In this document: piece after piece, positions 26,048 through 36,980 of the stretch | Position numbering within the stretch: the stretch's first letter is position 1 | Layout: every line of letters begins with the position of its first letter | Assembly (NCBI GenBank): GCA_963642995.1 | Contig: CAVIIZ010000001.1 | Location: 4,017-68,016, forward strand | DNA: 64,000 bases | Direction of reading: 5' to 3' | Source of the DNA: a bacterium | GTDB lineage: Bacteria; Actinomycetota; Coriobacteriia; Coriobacteriales; QAMH01 | The notes under the pieces: generated by a model | The model's input: only the letters and a program-made list of their open reading frames with translations | Databases searched by the model: none | Told to the model about the DNA's origin: nothing | Translations under genes and position numbers: made by a program

Positions 26048-28774
26048 TCACCCCTCTTCCTCCACGCCCGCCATGGCGCGCAGCTCGTCGAGGTCCTCCA
26101 CGCTCTCGAGCAGCACGTCGCGCGCCTTGCTCCCGCGGCCGGGACCGACCACGCCGAGCTCTTCGAGCTCGTCCATGATGCGCCCTGCACGCGAGTAGCC
26201 CACCTTCAGACGGCGCTGCAGCATCGACGTCGAGCCCAGCCCCGCGTTCACCACGGCCTCGGCCGCCTGCCACACGAGCGGGTCGCCGTCGCCTGCGCCG
26301 GATGCGCCGGATGCAGCCGCGCCGCCGGATGCGCCTGCCAGCGCCGTCTTCAGTATGTCCGTATGGTAGACCGCCTCGCCCTGCGATTTCAGATGCTCGA
26401 CCACGGCCTCGACCTCGGCCTCGGACACGTAGACGCCCTGGATGCGCTTGGGCTTTCCCCATTCGGGGCGCACGAAGAGCATGTCGCCGTTGCCCGTGAG
26501 CTTTTCGGCGCCGGATTGGTCGATGATCACGCGCGACTCGACGTTGGTGGCCACCGTGCAGGCCATGCGGTTCGTGATGTTGGCCTTGATCATGCCCGTG
26601 ACCACGGAAGACTTCGGGCTTTGCGTGGCGATGATGAGGTGGATGCCGACGGCGCGCGCGAGCTGCGAGATGCGCACGATGGAATCCTCCACCTCCTTGC
26701 CCGCGACCATCATCAGGTCGGTCAGCTCGTCGATGATGACGACGATGTAGGAGATCTCGTCGGGACGCCCCGTCTCCTCGTCGTCGAGCTTTCCGGCGGC
26801 GACCATCTTGTTGTAGCCCGCGATGTTGCGCGCGCCCACCTGCTCGAACACCTTCAGGCGCCGCTCCATCTCGGCCACCGCCCATTTCAAGGCGCTTGCC
26901 GCCTCCTTGGGGTCTGTGACGGGCGGCACGTAGAGATGCGGGATGCCCTCGTAGGGTTTGAACTCGACGCGCTTGGGGTCGACCATGATCATGCGGACCT
27001 GGTCCGGCGTCGTGCGCATGAGCATCGTCGTGATCATGCCGTTCAAGGCCACGGACTTGCCCGAGCCCGTCGTGCCGGCCACGAGCAGATGGGGCATCTT
27101 GGCCAAGTCGAGGCAGATCTTGTTGCCGTCCACGTCCTCGCCTATGGCCATGGACAGCGGGCTGTCGCCCGCCTGCCCGATGACGTCGCCCAGATACACC
27201 GTCTCGCGGTGCTTGTTGGGGATCTCGACGCCCACGAGCGAGGTGCGCGGAATCTGCGCGATGCGCACGCCGGAGGCCGCCAGCGACAGCGCGATGTCGT
27301 CTGCCAGGTTCACGAGGGTGGACATGCGGGTGCCGCGCGGCAGCTCGATCTTGAACACGGTGACGGTAGGGCCTGCCGTCCATCCGGCGACATGCGCGGG
27401 CACGCCGAAGTCCTCGAGCGTCTGCTGCAGCTCGTCGGCCACCTCCTGCAGCTCCGCAGGCGCCGAGGAGCGGCGCTTGCCGCACACCTTCAATATGCCC
27501 GCAGGCGGCAGCGAGTAGGCCTCGTCGTCTGCGGCGCCCCGGGCGGGTTTCACTGTCGCGGATCTCGAGGCCGCTTGCCCGGCGCCCGCGTTGCCCGCGC
27601 CCTTCACGGCACGCCCTCGGCCCTCCTTCGCATCTTCGTGCGCAGCGCCCTCCTCTGCCGCGGATGGCGAAGCAGGCGAGGCGCCCGGCATGCGCTTCGT
27701 GCCCGCGCGGCCGCGGCGTTCGCGTTTGCGCGCGCCGCCCGCATCGTCCGGGTTCACCGTCTCGCCGGCAAGCTCCCCGTCTGCGCCGAAGGTCTCGCTC
27801 TCGCAGGCCCCGTCCTCTCGCGCTGCATCGGCGCCCCCCTTCGCGGCAACAGCGCCGGCCTCGCGTTTCAACACGCGCGTGCCGCCCGCCTTGGCCGCCC
27901 CTCCGCGCCGGCGCAGCTTGTTGCCGAAGAGCAGGGTCTCGTCGCTTTCGGGCCGGCACTCGCGCGCCTGCTCCAGGTCCAGCTGCTCGAAGTCGCCGGG
28001 CAGCGCGGCGTCGGCGCCGCGGGCTCCGGACGAGAAGCTCGCCTTGTCGCGGCGTATCTTCTTCTCCTCGCGCCCGAGCGTGAGGAAGTCCCTCATGCGG
28101 GAGAGGCCGCCGGAAATGGAGAAACCGGCCAGCACGAGGCCGGCGACCCCGAAGCCCGCGAGCACGATCGTCGCGATGACGCGGCCGAGAGGCGCCATCA
28201 AAAGCCAGGCCACGGCAGCGCCCGCATATCCGCCGCCAGCCACGAGCGCCTCCGCGGAGAAAAGCGACATGGGGTCGCCGTCGCGCACGGGCGGCTGCCA
28301 CAAGGCCAAAAGCCCCATCGCGGCGACGATGACGACGAGCATGCCGGCCACGAGGCGCAAAGCCCGGGTCTCGGCGGTCTTCGTGAAGAAGAACAGCCCC
28401 CAGGCCGCGAAGGCGACGGGGAACAGGTAGGCGCCCAGCCCGAGGCCCGAATGCAAACCGGAGGATATGGCGGCGGCGACGGGCGCGTCGACCGGCATGA
28501 CGACGGCCACGAAGAGCACGATGCCGACGACAACTAAGGCGATCCCCGTCAAGTCGTCGCGCAGCCCCCCGTCCAGGCCCGCATCCGGCGCGCGGCGTGC
28601 AGGCGCCGGAGCACGCCCCGTCCGCTCCCGGGCGCCTCCCCGCCCCTCTTGCGCGCGGGCGCGTGCAGGCGCTTTGCGACCCGCATCGCCTGCGTCAGCC
28701 CCGTTGCGGGCAGCGGCGCCCCGCGCAGATGCACGGCCGCCCCGTGCGCTATGTCGCTTGTCGCGCGCGTTCAC
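26048..28774 (-). CDS. ftsK: DNA translocase FtsK/SpoIIIE
   Basis: 908 aa with a GTG start after GAGGAA. It has N-terminal TM helices, VAGTTGSGKSVALN (Walker A) and a C-terminal gamma (winged-helix) domain. Confidence 0.95.
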   Translation of the reverse strand: MNARDKRHSARGGRASARGAAARNGADAGDAGRKAPARARAQEGRGGARERTGRAPAPARRAPDAGLDGGLRDDLTGIALVVVGIVLFVAVVMPVDAPVAAAISSGLHSGLGLGAYLFPVAFAAWGLFFFTKTAETRALRLVAGMLVVIVAAMGLLALWQPPVRDGDPMSLFSAEALVAGGGYAGAAVAWLLMAPLGRVIATIVLAGFGVAGLVLAGFSISGGLSRMRDFLTLGREEKKIRRDKASFSSGARGADAALPGDFEQLDLEQARECRPESDETLLFGNKLRRRGGAAKAGGTRVLKREAGAVAAKGGADAAREDGACESETFGADGELAGETVNPDDAGGARKRERRGRAGTKRMPGASPASPSAAEEGAAHEDAKEGRGRAVKGAGNAGAGQAASRSATVKPARGAADDEAYSLPPAGILKVCGKRRSSAPAELQEVADELQQTLEDFGVPAHVAGWTAGPTVTVFKIELPRGTRMSTLVNLADDIALSLAASGVRIAQIPRTSLVGVEIPNKHRETVYLGDVIGQAGDSPLSMAIGEDVDGNKICLDLAKMPHLLVAGTTGSGKSVALNGMITTMLMRTTPDQVRMIMVDPKRVEFKPYEGIPHLYVPPVTDPKEAASALKWAVAEMERRLKVFEQVGARNIAGYNKMVAAGKLDDEETGRPDEISYIVVIIDELTDLMMVAGKEVEDSIVRISQLARAVGIHLIIATQSPKSSVVTGMIKANITNRMACTVATNVESRVIIDQSGAEKLTGNGDMLFVRPEWGKPKRIQGVYVSEAEVEAVVEHLKSQGEAVYHTDILKTALAGASGGAAASGASGAGDGDPLVWQAAEAVVNAGLGSTSMLQRRLKVGYSRAGRIMDELEELGVVGPGRGSKARDVLLESVEDLDELRAMAGVEEEG

Positions 28775-28832
28775 GTTTCCTCGTGTCTCGCCTCTTCGTT
28801 TCGTGCTGAAAACAGTGCTGTCGAAAGTATAC

Positions 28833-30662
28833 CTAAACGTTCACGACGATGGGGACGACCACGGGGCGGCGCTTGGCGCGCTGCCAGATGAACTTCGACA
28901 GCTCGTCGCGCATGGCGCTCCTCGCCTTCGAGCGGCTCGCGCCGTGCGCCCGCACCACGTCGCGGGCCACGCGCGCGAGGTCTTCGCGGCACTCGGCCAT
29001 GAAGGCGTCGTCGTCGAAACCCGGGATTCCGCGCATGACGACCTGCGGCTCGCCCGTCAGGCGTCCGCTGCGCCCCTCAAGGCACACGACCACGCAGGCC
29101 AGGCCGTCAGAGGACATGGTCGCGCGGTCGGTCAGCACGTTTTGCCCGATGTCGCCCACCGACGAGCCGTCCACGTAGACGATGCCGCTTTCCACGGGCT
29201 CTCCGCGCCCGACTTTCCCGCCTCGCATCATGAGCGTGTCGCCGTTGTCCAAGATGAAGATGCGCTTCGGGTCCACGCCCACGGCCTCGGCCAGGCGCGC
29301 GTGCGCCCGCAGGTGCATGGCCTCGCCGTGCACCGGCAGGAAGTGGCGCGGCTTCACGATGGACAACACGATTTTCAGCTCTTCAGAGCCCGCGTGCCCG
29401 GAGACGTGCACGAGCGCGCGGTGGCGGTCCCACACGTCGGCGCCTATCTTGGACAGCTGGTTGACCACGCGGGTGACGCTTTTCTCGTTGCCGGGAACCG
29501 GCGTGGCAGAGATGATGACCGTGTCGCCGCGCTCGATGGAGACGCTGCGGTGCTCGCCCACCGACATGCGCGCGAGCGCCGAAAGCGGCTCGCCTTGGCT
29601 GCCCGTGCACAGCACGACGAGCTTGTGCGGCGCCATCTTGCCCACCTCGTAGGCGTCGACGATCAGGTCGTCCGGCACGTGCAGGTATCCCAGCTCGCGG
29701 GCTATCTTGGTGTTTTTCAGCATGGAGCGGCCCGTGACGGCCACCTTGCGCTTTGCCAGCTGCGCCGCATCGCATATCTGCTGGATGCGGTGGATATGGC
29801 TTGCAAAGCTCGCGACGACGACCTTGCGCTTGGCCGAGCCTATGACCTGGCGCAGCGTGACGCCGACCTCGGCCTCGGATTTGGTGAAGGCAGACACCGT
29901 CGCGTTCGTCGAGTCGCTCATCAGCAAATCGACGCCCTCGGCGGAAAAGCGCGCGAGCGCCGCGAAATCCGTCAGCTCGCCGTCGATGGGCGTCTGGTCG
30001 AGCTTGAAGTCGCCGGTGTGCAAGACGGTGCCCGCCGGCGTGCGCATGAAGACGCCCATGGATCCCGGGATGGAGTGGTTCACCTTGAAGAACTCCATGT
30101 CGAAGCAGCCGAGGCAGGCCTTGCCGCCCCGGTGCACCTCGCGCAGCTCCGGATAATGCGACAGGCGGTGCTCCTCGAGCTTGCCCTCGATCAGGCCGAG
30201 CGTGAGCTTCGTGGCGATGACGGGCACCTTGCGGTCGAGGTCCTTCAGCAGGTAGGGCAAGGCGCCCGTGTGGTCTTCATGGCCGTGGGTGACGACGATG
30301 CCGCGCAGCTTGTGCGCGTTTTCGAGCACATAGGTGTAGTCGGGCAAGATGAGGTCGACGCCGACGTGCTCGTCGTCGGGAAACATCAGGCCGGCGTCGA
30401 CCAAGATCATGTCGTTGCCGTACTCGAAGGCCGTCATGTTCTTGCCGATGGCGTCGAGGCCGCCCAGCGGGATGATGCGCAGGGCCTGCCCCTTCGCGTC
30501 GCCGCCCTGCTTCGACGAGCCGCCGCGTCCGCGCCTGCCGCGTCCGCGCCTTCGCTTGCCGCCCGCGCCCAGACGGGCCGCATCGGAGTTCGCGCGCTCG
30601 TTTCCCGATGCGCGCAGCTTGTCGGTGCCCTTCTTGGCGCCCGAATCGTTGGATTGTGACAT
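28833..30662 (-). CDS. rnj: ribonuclease J
   Basis: 609 aa. The beta-CASP MBL motif is THGHEDHTGALPYL. It has an Arg/Gly-rich N-terminal extension. Confidence 0.9.
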   Translation of the reverse strand: MSQSNDSGAKKGTDKLRASGNERANSDAARLGAGGKRRRGRGRRGRGGSSKQGGDAKGQALRIIPLGGLDAIGKNMTAFEYGNDMILVDAGLMFPDDEHVGVDLILPDYTYVLENAHKLRGIVVTHGHEDHTGALPYLLKDLDRKVPVIATKLTLGLIEGKLEEHRLSHYPELREVHRGGKACLGCFDMEFFKVNHSIPGSMGVFMRTPAGTVLHTGDFKLDQTPIDGELTDFAALARFSAEGVDLLMSDSTNATVSAFTKSEAEVGVTLRQVIGSAKRKVVVASFASHIHRIQQICDAAQLAKRKVAVTGRSMLKNTKIARELGYLHVPDDLIVDAYEVGKMAPHKLVVLCTGSQGEPLSALARMSVGEHRSVSIERGDTVIISATPVPGNEKSVTRVVNQLSKIGADVWDRHRALVHVSGHAGSEELKIVLSIVKPRHFLPVHGEAMHLRAHARLAEAVGVDPKRIFILDNGDTLMMRGGKVGRGEPVESGIVYVDGSSVGDIGQNVLTDRATMSSDGLACVVVCLEGRSGRLTGEPQVVMRGIPGFDDDAFMAECREDLARVARDVVRAHGASRSKARSAMRDELSKFIWQRAKRRPVVVPIVVNV

Positions 30663-30805
30663 GTGGATGTGAAACTCCTCTTCTCTTGCGGCGCGCGGTG
30701 CCGCGGCGCGCTCGTCATGCGCGCGCGCTCGGCCGGTGCGCCTGTTCTCCCTTTGCTATGTGGTGCTTTTCCCTTCTTTTCTTCAAAGCCGCTCGCCCTC
30801 GCCCC

Positions 30806-31702
30806 TCAGGCGATCGTCGCGCATTCCTCCAGCACCGACGCCAGGCGCGCGCCCTGTTCGGCCGTGGCGCGCACGAGCGGCAGACGCGGGACTCCCACAG
30901 GGCAGCCGACGCGCGCCAGCGCGTCTTTGACCATGATGGGGTTCGACGTCGCGAACAGCTCCTTCATGAGCGGCATGAGCGCCGCCTCCAGCTTTCGCGC
31001 GCCGGCGAAGTCGCCTGCGGCCGCGGCGGCCACGATCTCGGCCATGCGGGCAGGCGCGACATTGCTCGTGGTGGACACGACGCCCGCGCCTCCGCGCTCT
31101 ATGACCTCGACCGTGTCGGCGTCCTCGCCGCTGTAGACGAAAAACCCCTTCGGGGCGCCGTCGATGATGGCCTGGACCTGGTCCATCTTGCCCGAGGCCT
31201 CCTTGATGGCCACGATGGTCTCGCATTCGCGCGCCAGGCGCAACGTGGTCTCGGCCTCCATGTTCACCACGGAGCGCGCGGGGATGTTGTAGAGCATGAC
31301 GGGCACGTCTGTGGCCTCTGCCACGGCCTTGAAATGGAGGTGGAGCCCTTCCTGCGGCGGCTTGTTGTAGTAGGGCACGACGACGAGAAAGCCGTCCGCG
31401 CACCCCGTCGCGGCCGTCTCGCGGGCAAAGGCGACGGAGGCCGCCGTGTTGTTCGAGCCCACGTAGGCGATGGTCTTGGCGGCGCCGCGCGCCTGCTCGT
31501 GCACGGCCGCGAAAAGCGCGAGCCGCTCTTCACGGGAAAGCGTGGCCGCCTCGCCGGTGGAGGCCCCGACCACGAACGCGTCGACGCCGGCGGCCAGCTG
31601 GCGGTCCACCAGGCAGCGCAGCGCGTCGAAATCGAGCGAGCCGTCGCTTGCAAACGGGGTGACGAGCGCGGTGATGGTGCGCCCGAAAATCGGTTCAGAC
31701 AT
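30806..31702 (-). CDS. dapA: 4-hydroxy-tetrahydrodipicolinate synthase
   Basis: This is the last 298 aa of track ORF 30806..31957, starting MSEPIFGRTITALVTPF. Motifs are YNKPPQEG and AIKEASG (the active-site Lys). Confidence 0.9.
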   Translation of the reverse strand: MSEPIFGRTITALVTPFASDGSLDFDALRCLVDRQLAAGVDAFVVGASTGEAATLSREERLALFAAVHEQARGAAKTIAYVGSNNTAASVAFARETAATGCADGFLVVVPYYNKPPQEGLHLHFKAVAEATDVPVMLYNIPARSVVNMEAETTLRLARECETIVAIKEASGKMDQVQAIIDGAPKGFFVYSGEDADTVEVIERGGAGVVSTTSNVAPARMAEIVAAAAAGDFAGARKLEAALMPLMKELFATSNPIMVKDALARVGCPVGVPRLPLVRATAEQGARLASVLEECATIA

Positions 31703-32510
31703 CTCGTGCTTCCTGTCTCGGATCGTCGCGTCCGTCCATGAGCTTCTCCAGGCCGACCACGCAGCCCGACAGCCGCCCGACAGAGCGCACCGCCAGCAAG
31801 ATGCCCGGCAGGTAGCTCGTGCGGTCGATGGAGTCGTGGCGTATGGTGAGCGTCTGGCCGGCCGAGCCGAAGACGACTTCTTGGTGCGCGACATGGCCGG
31901 CGGTGCGCACCGAGTGCACGGGCACGCCGTCCACGAGCGAGCCGCGCGCGCCTTCAAAACCCGAAAGCTCGGTCTCGCTGCCGGGCGCCTCGGACGGCTC
32001 GGTTCTCGCGGCCGCGATCATCTTGGCCGTGCGCATGGCCGTGCCGGAGGGCGCGTCCTTCTTGCCGTCGTGGTGCAGCTCTATGACCTCGGCGTCCGGG
32101 AAGTACTTGGCCGCCGTGGCCGAGAACAGCATCATCAGCACCGCGCCGGTGGTGAAGTTCGGCGCGTGGAACAGCGCCGCGTCGCCCGCGTGCGCCTCGT
32201 CGTATATGGCCTGCAGGCGCTCCTCGGACAGCCCCGTGGTGCCCAAGACCACGTTCACGCCGGCCGCGAGCGCGCAAGCCACGTTGGCCTCGGCCACATC
32301 CGGACAGGTGAAGTCGACCACCACGTCGGGCGCCAGCGCCTCGATGCCCTCCGCAAGCGTCGCGTGCACGGGCTTTCCGCACACGTCGACCCCCGGCGCG
32401 GCCATCGGGTCCACGCCGCCTGCCAGCTCCATATCCCCCGCGGCGGCAACGCCTTCGCATATCATCGAGCCCATGCGCCCGAGGGCGCCGCTCACCAGCA
32501 CGTTCAGCAT
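31695..32510 (-). CDS. dapB: 4-hydroxy-tetrahydrodipicolinate reductase
   Basis: 271 aa. Motifs are VLVSGALGRMG and ELHHDGKKDAPSGTA. It overlaps the dapA start by 8 nt. Confidence 0.9.
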   Translation of the reverse strand: MLNVLVSGALGRMGSMICEGVAAAGDMELAGGVDPMAAPGVDVCGKPVHATLAEGIEALAPDVVVDFTCPDVAEANVACALAAGVNVVLGTTGLSEERLQAIYDEAHAGDAALFHAPNFTTGAVLMMLFSATAAKYFPDAEVIELHHDGKKDAPSGTAMRTAKMIAAARTEPSEAPGSETELSGFEGARGSLVDGVPVHSVRTAGHVAHQEVVFGSAGQTLTIRHDSIDRTSYLPGILLAVRSVGRLSGCVVGLEKLMDGRDDPRQEARDV

Positions 32511-32558
32511 GTATGCAATCGCCTTTCCTCGAAAAGCATCAAGAAGGCCATTCTAGCG

Positions 32559-33785
32559 CTAATCGAAGTAGTTCGTATATTCCACAGAAGCGCCCGCCGC
32601 GTCCTCGCCGAAGAGGTGGCGGTACAGCTCGATGAAGTAGTCGTCTGTCATCGACGCGATGTAGTCCACCACCACGTCGTCCACGCGGTGCGCGAGCTCC
32701 CATGCGTAGTCGTAGCGCAGCATCTTCTGGCGCAGGTAGTGGCGAAACACCGGCGAGTCCTCGCGGCCGGCCTCGATGTCGTCGACGAAGCGCATGTAGA
32801 GGCGCTCCATCATCGGGGCGACCGGCGCGATGCGGTCCATGATGAACGGGCTGCGGTAGATCTTGTCGTAGTTCTCGCGGCGCACCGCGTCCAGCCCCGC
32901 GAAGACCTCGTCGTCCATGGACAGGCAGTCGCGCCCCAGCGAGCGCTTTATGATGTTGCGCGTGACGTTTTGGATGATCTCCCAGTTGAACACTCCCACG
33001 ACGGGGCTTTGCTCGTAGTCGCCCGCGTCGCGCAGGTGCACGCGCTCGGCGTCCTGGCGGTCTTTTCCCGCATAGGCGATGATGTCGGAGACGCGCACGA
33101 CGCAGCCCTCCAGCGTCGAGGGGTGCAAGGTCGCGATGGTCTGCTGGTCGGTGTAGCAGGCCTCCATCGTGGACTCGAGCGCCGCGAAATCCGGGCAGGG
33201 CGCAGGCCGGTAGGCGGAAAACGCCTTCTCGCCGTTGTGGGTGAGTATGCCGTTGTAGGTCTGCAGGCACAGGTTCGCGGACGCGATGGTCTTCAGCAGA
33301 CGCACGGAGTGGACGTTGTGGTTGAAGTAGCGCCCCGTGCGCGCGCGGTAAATGTCGGAAAGCGCGTACTCGCCCTGATGGCCGAAGGGGGTGTGCCCCA
33401 GGTCGTGGCCGACGGCTATGGCCTCGATCAGGTCCAGGTTCAGCCCCAAGGCCATGCCGATGGTGCGGCCCACGCGGCTGACCACCTGCAAGTGGAAGCT
33501 GCGCCGCGTGATGTCGTCGTTTCTGATGAAGGAGAAGACCTGGGTCTTGTCCGCGCAACGCGAGTAGAAGGGGTTGTGGACGATCTTCTCCACGTCCACG
33601 ACGAAACACGGCCGCGCGAGGTAGGCGTCCGGGTCGGTCCAATGCTCGGGATGCTCGCGCACCCCCTGCGCGTCGCGCGTGGCATAGGGGCTGTAGAGCG
33701 ACTCCCGCCGGGCTTGCGCGTCGCGCAGGGCGCATCTTTCCTCCTCGGTGAACTCGAAGAGGTCCGGCCGCGTCGTCTCGGACAT
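32559..33785 (-). CDS. dgt: dGTPase-like HD-domain triphosphohydrolase
   Basis: 408 aa. The HD motif is AVGHDLGHTPFGH. Length and layout match the Dgt-like family. Confidence 0.75.
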   Translation of the reverse strand: MSETTRPDLFEFTEEERCALRDAQARRESLYSPYATRDAQGVREHPEHWTDPDAYLARPCFVVDVEKIVHNPFYSRCADKTQVFSFIRNDDITRRSFHLQVVSRVGRTIGMALGLNLDLIEAIAVGHDLGHTPFGHQGEYALSDIYRARTGRYFNHNVHSVRLLKTIASANLCLQTYNGILTHNGEKAFSAYRPAPCPDFAALESTMEACYTDQQTIATLHPSTLEGCVVRVSDIIAYAGKDRQDAERVHLRDAGDYEQSPVVGVFNWEIIQNVTRNIIKRSLGRDCLSMDDEVFAGLDAVRRENYDKIYRSPFIMDRIAPVAPMMERLYMRFVDDIEAGREDSPVFRHYLRQKMLRYDYAWELAHRVDDVVVDYIASMTDDYFIELYRHLFGEDAAGASVEYTNYFD

Positions 33786-33794
33786 GCCCCGCTC

Positions 33795-35312
33795 CTACTT
33801 GAAGCTGGCGTTTTGCACTGCCGAGCTGTCCTTCAGCAACACGTCGTGCGCACCGCCCTCCACGATCGAGACGCTGGAGACGCGGGTGATCTTGGCCGTG
33901 TCCCTGAATTGCGCGAGGCTGGTCGCACCGCAGTTGCACATCGTGTGGCGCACCTTGGAAAGCGACAGGGCCACGTTGTCGTGCAGAGGGCCTGCATAGG
34001 GCACATAGGAATCGACGCCCTCCTCGAAGGCGAGGTTGCTCGAGCCTCCCATGTCGTAGCGCTGCCAGTTGCGGGCGCGCGCGCTGCCCTCGCCCCAGTA
34101 CTCCTTCATGTAGGAGCCGTTCACGTTCACGCGCTTGGTGGGGCTTTCGTCGAAACGCGCGAAGTAGCGGCCGAGCATCATGAAGTCCGAGCCCATGGCC
34201 AGCGCGAGGGCCATGTGGTAGTCCTGCACGATGCCGCCGTCTGAGCAGATGGGGATGTAGACGCCGGTCTCGGCGAAATACTCGTCGCGGGCGCGGGCGA
34301 CCTCGATGGTGGCCGAGGCCTGGCCGCGGCCGATGCCCTTCTGCTCGCGGGTGATGCAAATCGAGCCGCCGCCGATGCCGATCTTCACGAAGTCGGCCCC
34401 GTTTTCGGCCAGGAAGCGAAAGCCCTCGGCGTCCACGACGTTGCCGGCGCCCACCTTCACCTCGTCGCCGTATTCGCGGCGGATCCACTCGATGGTGAGC
34501 TTCTGCCAATCCGAGTAGCCCTCCGACGAGTCGATGCACAAGACGTCGGCGCCGGCGTCGAGCAGCTTCGGCACGCGCGTGGCGTAGTCGCGCGAGTTGA
34601 TGCCCGCGCCCACGATGTAGCGCTTGTGCGCGTCGAGCAGCTCGAGCGGGTTTTCCTTGTGCGAGTCGTAGTCTTTCCGAAAGACGATGCTGACCAGCCT
34701 GTCGTCGGCGTCGACGACGGGCAGGGCGTTGAGCTTGTTGTCCCAGATGAGGTCGTTGGCCTCGGACAGCGTCATGCCGTCGCGCCCGCACACGAGCTTT
34801 TCGCGCGGGGTCATGAACTCGGCGACCTTCGTGGACGGGTCCATGCGGCTGGGGCGGTAGTCGCGGCTGGTGACGATGCCGAGCAGCTTGCCGTCGGGAC
34901 GCCCGTCGGCGGTGACGGGCATGGTGGAGTGGTCGGTCTTGCGCTTCAGCTCCATGACCTCGGCCATCGTCGTGTCCGGGGTGATGGTGGAATCGCTGGG
35001 GACGAAGCCGGCCTTGTAGCTTTTCACCTCGGCGACCATGGCGGCCTCGTCTTCGGGGGTCTGCGAGCCGTAGATGAACGAGCAGCCGCCCTCGCGCGCG
35101 AGCGCCTCGGCCATCTTCGGGCCGGACACCGATTGCATGATGGCGGAGACCATGGGGATGTTCAGATGCAGGGCGGGCTCTTCGCCCTTCTCGAATTTCA
35201 CGAGCGGCGTCGAGAGGTCGACGCGATCGGGCGTGCACTCCTTCGTGGTGTATCCCGGGACGAGGAGGTACCCGTTGAAGGTATGGGAAGGCTCGTCGTA
35301 GTAAAACGCCAT
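33795..35312 (-). CDS. guaB: IMP dehydrogenase
   Basis: The catalytic loop is [13 protein letters not shown], and a CBS pair lies in the N-terminal third. AAGGGG 6 nt upstream favours ATG 35312 ([12 protein letters not shown]); the track start at 35330 is an alternative. Confidence 0.85.
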   Translation of the reverse strand: MAFYYDEPSHTFNGYLLVPGYTTKECTPDRVDLSTPLVKFEKGEEPALHLNIPMVSAIMQSVSGPKMAEALAREGGCSFIYGSQTPEDEAAMVAEVKSYKAGFVPSDSTITPDTTMAEVMELKRKTDHSTMPVTADGRPDGKLLGIVTSRDYRPSRMDPSTKVAEFMTPREKLVCGRDGMTLSEANDLIWDNKLNALPVVDADDRLVSIVFRKDYDSHKENPLELLDAHKRYIVGAGINSRDYATRVPKLLDAGADVLCIDSSEGYSDWQKLTIEWIRREYGDEVKVGAGNVVDAEGFRFLAENGADFVKIGIGGGSICITREQKGIGRGQASATIEVARARDEYFAETGVYIPICSDGGIVQDYHMALALAMGSDFMMLGRYFARFDESPTKRVNVNGSYMKEYWGEGSARARNWQRYDMGGSSNLAFEEGVDSYVPYAGPLHDNVALSLSKVRHTMCNCGATSLAQFRDTAKITRVSSVSIVEGGAHDVLLKDSSAVQNASFK

Positions 35313-35424
35313 TTCATGCCCCTTTGCCATGTCGCGCGTGCTGCCTTTTTCCTATCTTAGCATCCAAGTTGCGCGGCGGCATGTGCAATATGCGTGGGGA
35401 TGGAAAGGGCGGCGCATCGGGTGT

Positions 35425-35919
35425 TCAGCGCAGGCCCGCCAGCCCGAAGGCGTCGAGGATCTCCTTCTCGCGGGCCTGCATGGCCTGCCGCTCCCCTTTC
35501 GTCTCGTGGTCGTAGCCCAGCAGGTGCAAGATGGAGTGGACGAGCATGAGGGAGAGCTCTTCGGTGAAGCTCGTGGAAAACGCCGCGCGCTGCCCGTCGA
35601 TGACGTCGGGGCAGATGACGACGTCGCCCAGCTCGAGCGGTGCGCCCGACGCGACGGGGCCGCCGCCTGCGTCCGCACCGTCTGCGCCCCCATCGGCCGC
35701 GAAGGCGCCGTCGCAGGGAAAGGACAGCACGTCGGTCGTCGTGTCGCGTCCGCGCCAGGCTGCGTTCAGCCGCTGGATCTCGGCCGGGCCCACGACGGAC
35801 ACGGACAGCTCCGCCGCGTCGGGCACGCCCATGCGGGACAAGGCGAAAAGGGCGAGCTCGCGGACATGCTCCTCGTCGACGGCCGGGTGCCCGCCGCGCA
35901 CGTCGATGTCGACTCTCAT
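35425..35919 (-). CDS. ybeY: rRNA maturation endoribonuclease YbeY
   Basis: 164 aa, starting MRVDIDV. HSILHLLGYDH is the zinc-binding HxxxHxxGxxH motif. ATGA overlap with the phoH stop. Confidence 0.9.
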   Translation of the reverse strand: MRVDIDVRGGHPAVDEEHVRELALFALSRMGVPDAAELSVSVVGPAEIQRLNAAWRGRDTTTDVLSFPCDGAFAADGGADGADAGGGPVASGAPLELGDVVICPDVIDGQRAAFSTSFTEELSLMLVHSILHLLGYDHETKGERQAMQAREKEILDAFGLAGLR

Positions 35920-36917
35920 GCGCGCGCCCCCTTCTCCGCTCCATGCGCGAGAGGCGGCTTTTCCCGGCGGCCTTGCGCGCGCTCGTAGGCCGCGACGATT
36001 TCGGCCACGAGCGAGTGGCGCACCACGTCGCCGCCTGTGAACTCGCAAAACGCCACGCCGTCGATGCCGTCGAGGATGCGGCGCACATCGCGCAGCCCCG
36101 AGACGGCATGCGGCAGGTCGAGCTGGGTGGCGTCTCCCGTGATGACCATCTTCGAGTTGAATCCCAGGCGCGTGAGAAACATCTTCATCTGCTCCGGCGT
36201 GGTGTTTTGCGCCTCGTCGAGTATGAGGAAGGCGTCGTTGAAGGTGCGCCCGCGCATGAAGGCGAGCGGCGCTATCTCGATGATGCCGCGCTCGAGCAGA
36301 TCGCCGCCCTTCTCCATGTCGGTCATGTCGAACAGCGCGTCGTAGAGCGGGCGCACGTAGGGGTCGACCTTTTCCGTGAGCGTGCCCGGCAGAAAGCCGA
36401 GGTTCTCGCCTGCCTCGACGACGGGGCGCGAGAGGATGATGCGCCCGACTTCCTTTCGCTTGAGCGCCGAAACGGCCAGCGCCATGGCCAGATAGGTCTT
36501 GCCCGTGCCGGCAGGCCCTGTGCCGAAGGTGATGGTGTTGGCGCGTATGGCATCGCAATAGCGCTTCTGGCCCGTTGTTTTCGGGCGTATGGCCCGGCCG
36601 CGAAACGTCAAGACCACATCGTCGCGCAAATCAGACGGCGCGTACTCGCCCGTGCGCAGGATATCGGCCGCGTCGGCCACGTCGGCAGCCGTCGGCAACG
36701 CGCCGCGCTCGACTTGGCGCATGAGGTCGGCCACGAGCGAGGCTATCTCGGGAAGGCGGGCGGCGTCGGCGTCCACCACCAAAGCGCCGTCGCGCAAGGC
36801 CACGCGCGCCCCGAAACGCCCCTCTATCGCGCGCAGCACCTCGTCGCCGGCGCCGCACAGCGCGCGCGTGTCGAGGCCGTCGGCCACATCGAAGCGCACC
36901 CTGCTCGATTCACCCAT
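35916..36917 (-). CDS. phoH: PhoH family ATPase
   Basis: 333 aa. GPAGTGKTYLAMA is the Walker A motif. Also ILSRPVVEAGENLGFLPG. Confidence 0.9.
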   Translation of the reverse strand: MGESSRVRFDVADGLDTRALCGAGDEVLRAIEGRFGARVALRDGALVVDADAARLPEIASLVADLMRQVERGALPTAADVADAADILRTGEYAPSDLRDDVVLTFRGRAIRPKTTGQKRYCDAIRANTITFGTGPAGTGKTYLAMALAVSALKRKEVGRIILSRPVVEAGENLGFLPGTLTEKVDPYVRPLYDALFDMTDMEKGGDLLERGIIEIAPLAFMRGRTFNDAFLILDEAQNTTPEQMKMFLTRLGFNSKMVITGDATQLDLPHAVSGLRDVRRILDGIDGVAFCEFTGGDVVRHSLVAEIVAAYERAQGRREKPPLAHGAEKGARA

Positions 36918-36980
36918 CCTGAAATCCGCCCCCCTCTTTCACCGGCGCCTTCGGGCCTTGAAAGCCCTCGCCCCGAGGCC

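Noticed and set aside
32559-33785. The dGTPase-like HD protein as a possible anti-phage dNTP-depletion defence gene.
   Set aside because: It sits in a housekeeping array (dapB, dgt-like, guaB) with core-like codon usage and no mobile or defence neighbours. It is most simply the conserved Dgt-like paralogue.
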